A DNA stretch of 63,443 nucleotides from Phoronis australis (lineage: Eukaryota; Animalia; Phoronida): assembly GCA_002633005.1 (NCBI GenBank), contig NMRA01000263.1, positions 126,824 to 190,266 of the forward strand, written 5' to 3'. Each line of letters opens with the position of its first letter. Position 1 is the stretch's first letter. Made by a program: the position numbers and the translations under genes. This document shows positions 36,580 to 48,900 of this stretch, piece by piece. Under the pieces are notes generated by a model. That model searched no databases, was not told where the DNA came from, and was given only the letters and a program-made list of their open reading frames with translations.

Positions 36580-38000
36580 AGGAGCATGCCACCCAAAAAA
36601 AACAACCTAATTTGTATCAATTTAGATGGAGTAGTTCTACTCCATAACGACACGTACAGTTGCGTTACCTGACACCTGACGGCAGATGGAGGTGTTGAAA
36701 TTATCCAATGACGTCATCGGTTTCACACTCGGTCTGTTCAGAAGTTCACAACATGGGTTACTGGTGTCAGCTTATCGCTTGAAGTCATCGTTTAACACCA
36801 ATAAATCATCAAAGTTCGATGTAAAATCCTTAAAAATACAAAAACGTGTTGTTTTATTTCACTTTGACGGATTTATTGGTATTTGGATACACCGTAGCCT
36901 ACAAAGTTCGGCAGGCCAATAAGGTCCGCAGCAGTTGTTTGGGGTCTATTCGAAGATAATTTCGAAGTATTTTCCGTGAGATACAGACAGGAGAACCTAG
37001 ATCTGTGTTGTTTAGACTTGTGATTTTTTGAGTTCTAAACACAAAACGCTTGTTATCCTGGCCAGTGGCTCGGAGCCCGACCAGGCCCGTCGCAGCCGGC
37101 CGGATTGACTCGTTATCCCGGCCAGTGGCTCGAAAACTGATGAGACATCACAAACATAAACCAGCCAAATTTCAGTGGAAACTAAACTTCCAGTCAAGAA
37201 AATACTATACTGCTGAACCAAAGTAATGTGCACGTGATTATGTTGGCCCAATTAGCCACGAAACTGCAAATCTATTTCCTCGTCGGGGGCCGCGAATTCA
37301 GGTTCCGCTTTGGCCACAGCACCGTCAGGGCAGAAGTTGTACATTGACAATTATCATTACTTGAGTAATGTAAATGTGAATAAAGATTCCCCTAACACCT
37401 GGCTGTGGGATGGAAATTTATTTGTTTCACAATAGTTTCTGCCAGCAAACACTAAATTAGCATGAGCTCACATGGCCTCGGTGTCCCGTCAATTAGTTTT
37501 ATTGCACCTAAAGCCGGTAACGCAGTGATTTATTCATTGCTGGCTTCTCAAATCATTTGCCATGAACAAGCTCAGACAACGGAACATATGGAGTTATTTG
37601 GTAAGCCGGCATTCGTCAGGCACGGCTGTCGACGTCTGCAGGCCACAGACACAGAGATGTTTCACGGCCTCATACTTGCTATTTACTGCGTAAATTTCAT
37701 TCTTCACTACCATGAGCCACTTCCTAAGCATTTCGGACTCTCGAGGAAGTAAAAAAAAAAACGATATACCCGCTTTCCTCGCAGTTGCTTAGTTCGGACA
37801 AGCGGGAACGATACACCGCAACATAGCGGCATTCACTCCTCTGCATATGAACCACTGACGTCGCTAGCGTCGTTTCTCACCTTCCTCACAGGTTTACGCG
37901 ACACCTCTTGGTAAGGTAAGGTCGACTGTATGCGAGGCGATGTGGATATCGACCGATTAAGACAGCAAAAAAGACTAATTAAATCGGGTGGCATTCTCCT
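36580..38000. mobile_element. 1.4-kb non-autonomous TTAA-flanked DNA transposon, Kolobok-like
   Basis: TTAA|AGGAGCATGCCACCC ... GGGTGGCATTCTCCT|TTAA; interior GC-richer than flanks; no transposase ORF seen. Confidence 0.75.
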
Positions 38001-38503
38001 TTAAAATTATGTCAATTTTTTCCTCTTTTCAAAGAGACCCCCAAATTCTCTAACTTGACTCATGACAGACTTGAGGTTGCCCTGTGATTGCGGGCATGTC
38101 ACCAGTCATTCACTAACAGCCATGGGTATGTTTTCCTAAAATTATCCGTGCGATCGTTCGGTGACATTTTGATTTGGAATAAATGGATTGCAAACTATCC
38201 AAAAAGCTGAAGATCACATCGTTAATCGTAGTCCTTCCGCCGGCAGCTCTGTTGTGCAGTAGGCCTAGCCTGCAATGTAGACAACAGTGGCACAGGGACT
38301 GCAATCGACTTGTCTTCCAACCGTGAACAAAACATACAAAACGAAGGACAATATGAATAACAGATAATCCTTACCTTTCTGGATCCTTAGGAAACCTAAA
38401 AAATGACACGTCTGGGGTTTTCGTGGATGAATTAGTGCAGTTGATTGCACTGTAAAATGTGCCCTTCCCCATTGCTTTGGCGCTTCCTGGTTGACCATTG
38501 CTT

Positions 38504-39277
38504 CGTAGTGATTTGAGATCCTCCACCCCATATGCAATTCCTCCGTCGTTCAGTCAGGCATACAGAAGGTCTACAGTCATGATGTGCATCAACAAATGGA
38601 ATTCTCTTCCAGTCTCTGTTAAGGAAAGCAACTCTTTTACGAGTATAAAAAATAATTTTAGAACTGTTTTTCATAATTTTGATAACTCAACACCCTTGAC
38701 TCAATTCTCCCTTACCCGCGATAACGAAATAGCATTGTACAGATCAAGATGTGGCCTTTTCCTTAACTCTGATAAGTTCAGGCACAACTTCAGTAATGCC
38801 TCTCCAAACTGTAAATGTGGTGACCATCAATCTTATCCTCATATTTTCTTCAAATGTCCCCTCATCGAATCCCTGAGAGACTCACTCTTTCGTGCATTCA
38901 ATGATAACCAATCAATTGTTAACGTTGTTAGAGTTACATTATTACTGAATGGTAGTCCTAACCTTGACTTCTTTCTCAACGAATTCCTCCTAAGCAACGT
39001 TAGCAAATTTTTATGTACAGCTTATCAATATTGTTGCATCTGATTTCCCTACATGAATTTGTACATATTTTGTTTTTATATATCTGTAATAGCATATCTA
39101 AGTATTGGAATACTTATTTTAGATACTACTTAATTGTATATACCTCTATGTATATAAGTTTCATTTTTGAATTGTTTACAACCCAGATATAATGCTTCGC
39201 CGTTTCTGGGTTTGTTATTATTTCTTTGTATGTTCTTTGTATCCTTCAATAAATATATATCACTCTTAAAAAAAAAA
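38504..39277 (+). mobile_element. 5'-truncated LINE: ORF2 C-terminus with CCHC-type knuckle, 3' UTR, poly(A) and 8-bp TSD
   Basis: Open frame with KWNSLPVSVK and PNCKCGDHQSYPHIFFKC; AATAAA then A tract ending 39277; TSD CATTGCTT at 38496-38503 and 39278-39285. Confidence 0.88.
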
Positions 39278-39590
39278 CATTGCTTGTTCACCACTTGGCA
39301 GCGCTAGTAGTAGCGGTAACAGGGAGCTCACAAGTGAACTCTCCTATACTAATACTCCTTGCTTAATCTCAAGATCGGCACTTTTCACCCTAACACCACT
39401 TCCCTGCCGATGCAGGACTAAAACCAACAATAGATTCTGAAAGCAAATTTCCTACAGATTCCAAAAATGTGGTCCAAAAGTACTGTCAACCAAGTAGTTT
39501 TTTTTTTGCAAATAAGGCTTGATTGAGGGCTACCTGAAATCGCGGCCAATTTCTCAGTCGCTACCCAGCAATGCACAATTCCAACTGGGG

Positions 39591-39601
39591 GCCGCCATCT
39601 T
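39591..39601 (-). promoter_or_regulatory. YY1-type motif in the probable bidirectional promoter
   Basis: GCCGCCATCTT (AAGATGGCGGC on minus) about 320 bp upstream of the WDR11 ATG; minus-strand donor-like CAG|GTAGCC at about 39533. Confidence 0.45.
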
Positions 39602-39919
39602 GAAGAAGAGTGCAGCAACAGCCGAGAAAGTGGCCTTTTTTATTCTCAGCATGTTTACAAATACAAACAAACCAGATTTGCTGAGTTTACATGCAATTTT
39701 TACCTACGTAATGCCCCCAAACTTGGCCTACCCCAAAATTTTAATATTTTGGAGTGTAAACTGGCCGCGGCCGCAGCCCAACTATTCAGTGCCATTCACG
39801 TACACACCATTAGAACTTCCTGACGAGAAAGATTTGTAGATGCAAGTTCTGATCCTTTGGTGAACATGCTAGATGTGCTGAACGTGATTATTGGAAAGTG
39901 ACATCCCATTAAAGGAGAT

Positions 39920-39990
39920 ATGAATGTCAAATTGTCTCCTAAAACTTTGGTTGGGACTCTGCACAACCAAAATAAGGGTGCATTCGATTG
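39920..39990 (+). CDS. WDR11: WDR11 exon 1
   Basis: MNVKLSPKTLVGTLHNQNKGAFDW; in-frame TGA upstream; GTAAGT donor. Confidence 0.88.
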
Positions 39991-42900
39991 GTAAGTTGAC
40001 ACAGCATTGGAACGATGTCGATGTGGGATTGGGCACTGCCATTGGGGCGATAGTACATTCCCATAAGAAGCTACTCATCTCAAAATACAGGGAATAACAT
40101 TGAATGAATCATGCATATTAACTGTATTATAATTAATACACACTGCAACTCTGGATACAATAATTCAACATAACTTGAACATATCTATGAAAATCTGTAG
40201 CTGTTCTTTCGAGCATCTCTCACCAGATGCCATTTTGAGGAAGTTGCGCCTGTTGATGAACAAAAAAGTCCAAGGGACCCAAATCATACAAGTTCCACCT
40301 GATTTGCAAGTGTCGTTGGCCAGGTCACGTCACACTGGTTAATGGGCAATTGCCTACTACAGTCAAGTGACCTAATTATCGGACGTTTTTGGCTTTTCTT
40401 TTGCATTATATTTAATTGAAAATACTACGGATTGTTGTAAATTCTTTGCTGAAATAAAGACCTACCTTTACGGAATTGTTCTGTTACTATATCTTGTCAC
40501 TGAAAGCCACATTTATTTTCCGACTGATCTTTAAAAAACACAACAAGCAAACCTTCGGAGAACCTAAATATCGGACACCATATTTCCCCATACGCCACAC
40601 CGCGAAAAACTGACTAACCACGTAATGGCCGCAGGCACCTTGTAGCCAAATTTGAACTCGAGTGTTTTGACATATATGCTGCTAGAACACAGGTCCATTC
40701 GCAACAAGATTATCCATAAAATGAAATCTTGATGATGGCGCCAAGTCGTTTCGATGAATTAGTGCAGACGACTAAAGCACGTGCAAACTCACTGCATTTT
40801 GTAGTGTAACTTTGGCTTCTTGATATGACACCTGCACGTGCGCGGTAGGGGCTCGACTTAAGTTTAAAAGCAAATGAAAAAAATGGAACAGTGACATATT
40901 GTCATTTCAATGAGATGGTTTCATTGTGGAAAAAGATTTTTACTTTCAACTTTTATAACCGATTTTTGCGATCGTTCATTTTAGGCCGACTTGGGGGTCT
41001 AAATTTCAACCTTTCTCGGTGAAATCAAAACGAGGCAACGCTGTAAAAAGCGAGACGGTGCCGGACATTGAATGCATTACAACGGAACAAAAATTGGTGT
41101 TATTTAATTCACTGATTATGCTTCAAGTAAGATTCTATGAAATGTCCGATATTTAGGTTCCATCCGATAATTAGGTACACTATGTGTAGTATTAGGTGAC
41201 CAAATAAAGTAACAAATTTACAAATATTAGTGTTCAAGATAAAAACTGTTTCAGTCTATGTTTCACCTGTTCCGTGATAAAATGTAACTCGTTTCTTTGT
41301 ATTTTACAGGGGCTGGCAGGGCCTACTTGCTTACGGTTGTCAAAGTCTTGTTGCAGTCTTAGATCCCAAAAGTTTACAGGTAAATGGTTACTTTTCAGTA
41401 AAAACTTACTTTTGGGGAGTCTTACATCATTCTTATGGAACTTTGTTCCTATAGCTGTCATAACATTACATTTGTTTGAAATTTTTCAATGAACAGTTCG
41501 TTCTAAAAGAAGATTGACTTCTTGTGACAAAGTTATGTCAAACCTCTAGGAATCTAGTTACTCAACAGTGCATGCTTTGTGTTACCACAAGAAAATGATG
41601 GAAGAGTTCCAAGTGGAAATTTGTTTCTGGCATTTAAATGCTATACTAGGGTGTCCTGTGTTAGGAATTTGTTCTTTCTTTTGGGTTTCCGTGGTGCTTC
41701 AGTCAAGCAACTTTTGTTGATGTATAACAAGCGCTTAGAGTTCGAAGATCACTAGCAGTTTTACCCCTAGACCATTGTGGAGACAACGATGCCGCCTTCT
41801 CATTTTTGCAAAGAACTACGTAAGTTCCATCTAATGGCCACTTTATTGTAACACTAAACACCCTTAGAAGCATACCGTCTGCGGTGCAATTGTGGGTGCA
41901 TATCACCGCTCTTCATTGCTCTTGTTAAATTTGATAAGCATAAAGAGACTTGTTCAATTATTGTCTGGCTGTTTAGGATTGAATAAGCACCTTGTCTTCT
42001 ATGTGTCAATGAACTTAAAACCCAGGAGACCCAGGAGTTTTACATATTCCGCTGCAAGAGGCTAAATGACTGTGAAACTTTGGTACCAGTATTGTTATAT
42101 CCTAAACTTATTGGTAAATCTCATTTACCTTATTCAGCATTTTACTACCGCGCAGCCCTTACCAGCATGCATGATAAGTGTTATGTCTACTGGTACTTTT
42201 CTTGCTGGAATAGGTATGTATGAAGTCCAGAGGTTTGCCTCCTGGGCGGTTAATCAAAGTTCGGTGCTTATTCAAGACCAGGTGCTAACTATCCATTGAA
42301 CTTTCAACTTCCGGCACTAGTTCGAGTCAGGCACTTATTCAGTTGCTGGTGCTCAATACACTATGTTTATACATCTACTGGTTTATCATGTGACTACTCT
42401 TTATGAACACTTTCCAGGTTGTTCAAGTGTTAGACAGACACAACAACTATGTTGTCAAGGTGGGTAGTCTTACTTTCTTTTTTCAATTCAACGAAAAAAA
42501 AAATCAATTTTAATTTTTGTTCATGTAATATCCTAGTAACATCAACCCATAAAATACAAGGCAGCCTTTCAACTGACTGGAGAGCCATGCTCTGCTAAAG
42601 ACATTAATTAATTTAGACTCTTCAATGCTGTAAAATTTGTCACAACTTGTTGGTTACTAACATGAGAAGTGGTTTTTGAACTTTCAAAGTACTTAGACTT
42701 TGCTATTGTTCAAGACCCAGTGAATATAATGACAAGTTAGTAGAGTGTGGTCTCGAACAATACCAAAATTTCACAACTTTCCAAGCCCACAAACCTATTT
42801 TGTCGAACTAAGGAACATTTTGGATGAATTTCGTGTTGGTGTGTGCTCTAAATCAAATTAAAGTTCTTTATTTTGTGACGGAAGTCAGCTTTATAGCTCC

Positions 42901-45900
42901 ACAATGTATAGAAATATGTCCAGACAATTTCTCGGCATATGTTCCTGTAAGAACAGTCAAGATAATTTTACAAATTAAAGGGACTATGGCCAAATATTCT
43001 GGTGTTGCTTGACATGAGTCTTGACAATTTACTGCACCTTTTTAACGTGATGTAACTTGTGCCTGATCCACTTGTGCTAGAGTAATTTCTCCTGTGGACA
43101 GGGGTAGTGTCACAATGTTACATAACTGTTTAGCTATGTGCTTGGTCTACTTACAGTTAAATCTCACAAATTTCATATAAAAATAATCGCCAAAATTGCC
43201 TGTTTACATTTTCAAGGTCCTCTAGCATTGTTGTGAATGCCCACAATTTTTCAAATCATTTTTGGTGGTAGAGATGGTACAGAACTGGTAAATCATTAAT
43301 TTGATGCTACATATGATTCATGAAAGAATGAGAAAATAAAATTTTCAGTTGTCTGCCATATTGGGTCCTAAATTTGTGACATTTTACCCCACGGTTTTTC
43401 TTTCTTCTTAACACTTCTGGCTTTGACAGTGATAGTACTTGTTGGCTTGTTGTGTGAATACGCAGCTGATCTGGAGCAATGTGCTCCTGGGGGACATTTG
43501 TTCTGGGATTACTGACCGTGTAGACACAGCGAAAGTCAGTTATGATAGTGGTGTACCTGTCATACTTTATAGATTATGCATATGCATCTGTTCTTACCAC
43601 GTAAGATAATATAAAATGCTAAAATTTTGTAATGTGCTATAGAGACGTGTATTGGTTTCTAGCATACATGTAGTCATGTCACTGGCTTCTTTACATGATT
43701 CTTTTTATGGAAAAAATTAACACGGTCCAACTACCCAGATGCTGCATGTATTAACAACTCAGGGTTGTGTTTGTTGTAATCCAATTTGTGCTCTGTCATA
43801 TTCTTTTATGTCAGTTGATCATCCTCACTCACTAGTCTTTCCATGTTCAGGTGAAGTGGTCCAAAGAGAACTACCATCATGACTTGAGCACCCCTTACAC
43901 GTTACGACTTGCCTCTGCTGACCATTATGGCCAGATAGTTATCTGGGACGTCACTCATGGATTGGTCAGGTCAGACTTCTCTGATGGATCCAAGCCCATT
44001 CAAGGTACCATGTCACTCTGCGTTGAACACAATTTGTTTGAAAATTTAGAAATTATTGTAAAAATGGTCATCATTCATATTTCAATAATTCAATTTCATC
44101 CTGTTTTCAGATTATCAAATTTTTTGTTGTCAGATGATTTCAGTTATTACTGAATGAAATGACAATGTTTTGATGTGTGAATCGTTATGTCCTTTAATGG
44201 AGAGTCATCTTGTCGTTTAGGCTGAGAATACTATTGTATGCTATGTGACAGTCAATGTATTGAAAAATCTCTTTTTATGCAGTGCGAGGCTGGATCGGAT
44301 TCAAGGACTATTTGTTTTGATGGGCATGTCTGGAGTCACCTTAGTTCAGACTTTCATAAGAGATCTACATCTGTGGACGTTGAAGTTCCTACATGTAGCT
44401 TTCAAAAAAGAGTGACATTGAGCAACATGTCACAAACTGGTTGCTTTCTTATTTTGAGCTTGTGGCCTAGAATGGTGTATAAACTATTTGAATAAATATC
44501 TGAATTTCGATGGTTAATGAACTGTTTCATGAAGACTTCTTACTGGTTCAATTCGTTTACTTTTCAAAGTTTATTTGTACCAATTCTTGAATGTGCGTTT
44601 TCTCCTATACAGATATGGAGTGGCTGTCTACCGATGGGTCACATGATCTTCTGGCTGTCATTCATCCCTCCTACTCTCTTGTTCTGTGGAACGCAGAGAC
44701 GGGACAAAAGTTGTGGAAGAAGACATACACAGATGTCATCATTAATATGGCCTTTGACCCCTTTGATAACCAGAATGTAACGTGTATGTTCAATATTGGC
44801 AGTTAGTCACTTTTGACTAAAGAAACGTACTGCCGTCTTATGTTTGAGGAAACTGTCCGATATTTCCCCATATGTCACAAAATACCATGTGTGTGCATGT
44901 ACATAAAGTGTGCACCTCACTTGAATTTGATATAACCTGACCTTATGCCTCCAGGAGGCGCTAAGAGCGGTGTATGCAACATAACTGGTAGTCATTCGTT
45001 TAATAAAAGTCATGTCAATGTTTTGGTGGTTTAGAGAAATTGTCTCATTTTGAAATTCCAGGAATAGTGATACGATCAAAATATGTGATTGAAATATGTT
45101 CTGCTTTCCTCAAGAAATGAATGTGACATTCAACTGACAAGTCTATTACTTCAACGGTATCACTGTTTTTATCATTGATTTTGGCAAAAAACAGTCTATC
45201 AAACAAAATTTCATTCTTCTGTCATGACCGGCACTGCCTGGTCATTTCAGCTTCTCAGGTGTTGAGTTCTAATTGCACATAGCTGCTATCATGGGCAATT
45301 CCTTTTCGCTTTTATGTTCCTGATGGGAATTCAATGTCATTTTGTCTGATTATTTTCTTGTGTCAAAACACACAAGCCATGATATGATTTGTTACTTGAA
45401 CTGTCTGTTATTTCCTGTCACTGTAAGTACCTTTTTCGAGAAAAAATATGTATTTTTTAAAATCACTAAAACACATTTTTTTGGACAAAGCATTTGTTCA
45501 ATACAAACTAATTTATGAACTGAGGTATCTCTGTTCTAAAGATACTTATGATATGAACTGAGGTACCTCGGTTCAGAAGATACTTATGATATGAACTGAG
45601 GTATCTCTGTTCACAAGATACTTATGATATGAACTGAGGTATCTCTGTTCACAACATACTTATGATATGAGCTGAGGTATCTCTGTTCACAAGATACTTA
45701 TTTCTTATGTTTCCAGTTTTAGGACAAGACTTCATTCTCTTTGTGGATGACTTCTCAGTTGCCAAGGTTCCATCTGGTAATGGCAAGAAGTTCTACATAT
45801 CAAGTCCAGGTAGATATTATTTTTATTGAAATATAATATTTAAAATACAGTCGTGGGATATCAGTTTTGGACATTGGTTTTTGGGTGCTACTGGCAATTC

Positions 45901-48900
45901 AAAGATATTGTACAAAGATCCTAAACAAACATGCATATGGACATGAGAGGAGATATAAACATCTTGTAAGTGAAATAAATAATACAGATATTACAAACAT
46001 GTATTTGTTATCCAATCTTCATGACTAGTATATTATGAACTCATAAGATTAAGACACAAAATATTATTTGGTCAGTTGATTTTGAATACTAGATAATGTG
46101 GCTCAAGAAAAGTCATGCAGTATTCACTTGTTTGAAAAAAAAATAAGAACCCAAAAATATCAGTGAGTGTAACTTTGTCTGCAACCCCAGTAGGCATTGA
46201 AAGCAGTCTATTGGGGACAATCTCGAGGTACAACAAAAGCTATGTGCGCACATGTTTCCTGGAGTTGATGACACTATCGCGCTCTCACCTTGCTTGTTGT
46301 CTTGTTTGTAGCTATGTCCAATACAAGCTCTGCTGGTGATCTTAAGACTCCAGAGAACATGTCCAAAAACAAGCTAGCCAGGAGGATGGGCCTCAGTCGA
46401 CTGCTACAGCTAGATGGTGATCAGACTAAACACAGGTGGGCCACGTTTGGATGAACTACATCGATACTCTTCTTGGTAATATTAAATAAAGATCCTTTTT
46501 GGAACCTGTGTACATCCATTTCGCCCATTTCTCTCGGACTTGGTTCACCACCAGGTGCGCCCTCTCTCGCTGTCGAAACAAGATGGGGTATTCCCTAATA
46601 TCAAGGGGAATCCTGTAGCAGGTCTGAGTACACCGCTGGGAGATCAAGTCCAGGATATCTGTTCAGACTACGCTTCTACTTAATATATGGATTTTTGATT
46701 CCAAAGATGATCTTTATTTAATGTTGTCATCATTTAAGTGGAAACCAGGAATATTCATAATCTTACTACTCTTCTTTCTTACTTGACCAAATATTAAGGT
46801 CCGTTTCTTCAAGTACAGGGTATCCCAAAATGTACTCCCACTTCATTACGGCAAGACTTCAAATTCAGTGCCTACTGTATGGTTACACCTTGTTGTGAAA
46901 GTAGGCTAGTGAGCAGTCTTGTGCTCTGTATGCCTGGGATTGGCAAACAAACAACTCAGTTTTTGAGAACGCAAAGTTAATTCTGAATGCTACTTTAAAC
47001 ACAAAACCATCACAGAAGAGTCAAGGCAGTCATAAACAATGCACTTATTTTAGATGAAAAGTGATTCCTTTTTGATCCTCTCTTCATGAATTTAAACCAG
47101 TAATCTGGTTCTGGTCAATTGTCATTTGAAGTGTATATACATTTTGGGACACCCTGTATTTGTACTTTTTCACTGTCTGTCACAGTTTCCAGTTGAATTA
47201 TTCATTAGCAGAATAGGTCTGTCCCCATGACGGCGACATCCCGTTGCTCCCAACTTGTTCGATTGTATAGTGCAATAACAAGTTGGAAAGTTTACCCCTC
47301 GTAGCCAATTAACTCCATTCTGGCGTTGATGGTTGGAGGGCCTGCGCTCTTTTGTTCTAATCTCCGATCAGATCGTATCTAGCCTGACTGGGGTGGGCTG
47401 ATAAAAATGTAAATTAAGTTAAACCAGATATTATCGCACGTTCAGCACCCCTCACGTCTGGAAAAGTTACTGATCGACAGGACGCTGTAATGCCAGATTA
47501 CACTGCAACACTTGAATCTCGCTATATTTACCCACAATGCTGTATATATCTACAGGCACATTTGCTGCCTCGTATTTGTGACATTAGAGTTTCAAGTGTT
47601 TTTGTTATTACCAACTACCAACCCATGTTAGCCTTAGGTAAGTTAGACAAAACTACCAACCCATGTTAGCCTTAGGTAAGTTAGACAAAACTACCAACCC
47701 ATGTTAGCCTTAGGTAAGTTAGACAAAACTACCAACCCATGTTAGCCTTAGGTAAGTTAGACAAAACTACCAACCCATGTTAGCCTTAGGTAAGTTAGAC
47801 AANTCGGTTTGATTTCTCTATTTGTCCTTCCAATGCTAATAAAGTATTACTCCGACGTGAGAAAGTTTGATAAACTGGACAAATAACCGCGGATGCGTGA
47901 TGTGAAATTCTTCGAGACACGAAAATGTGCATGATTTCCAAAACGAGGTTTCATGCTTTTTTATCTCTGTGACAAAGGAGAGTTCTCTCACTGTGTAATC
48001 CGGGATGGCCCTGTTGCTTAAATCCATTAGAAATTCATCATTAGTTTTGAAGTTCTGTTAATGTGTTCACAAACGAGTGTTTTGGGGAACAAAACTTTGT
48101 TTATCCCATCTCAGATATAACACAAGTTTTGATGTTTGGTTTAGTGACTCTGACTGTTTAGTTACATGACTTAATGTTTACAAAATATTCAAAACATTGG
48201 TTATGTGACTGTCTAAACATTGGTTTTGTCTTTCTGTTAAAGTTACTTACTGGCAACTGTCACAGTTTTTAATACAGTGGTGGGCTATGCCTTGTCAATT
48301 GAAGTACAAATTGAAAGTAGATATTGTCATGGCCTATAAAGATATATATCAATTTAGAGCTAGATTCTTGTTTTCTTAAAGTCTGCAAAATTGTTCATTT
48401 CACTACGTTTTTGAAGCTTATTACTATACTCTAAGCTTGCTTTTCTAGAGGCCAACCTGAGGAAGAAGCCATCACTCTTAATGAGTGTATTCAACTGGCG
48501 TATCACCGCATGCATCGAAACCACATCATCCTGGTGTACTCTCGGGAGATTCTGGTGCTTGACTTGGACATTAACCAGACAGTAGCGACCATCACACTAG
48601 AGAGGGCATCCTCACCTCTCATTCAGGTTTAAATCAATCACTATATTGCACGTATCTGAAATGGTGTTCACTTTATGGCAAAATGAATACCACCCTTGAC
48701 CGTAGTCTCCACAAATGCATTTTCAATGACTATGGCATTTACCTCGGTGAACACTTTCAGGAATTTCAGAACATGAGTTCAGCAGAAACTAGGTTCCCAT
48801 GCATTGCTGACTACACCCTTCACAGCATGATTGGAGATACTGTCATACCTTTCATTGGTTTGCTCAATGCCATACAGTACAGTCACTGATTTATTAGACT

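Noticed and set aside
36669-36717. Possible first coding exon MTSLDNFNTSICRQVS with a phase-1 donor on minus
   Set aside because: Not hydrophobic and lies inside the TTAA-flanked transposon
38498-39043. 181-aa ORF as a host gene
   Set aside because: It is a LINE ORF2 C-terminus, starts at the TSD with a non-ATG codon and is followed by poly(A)
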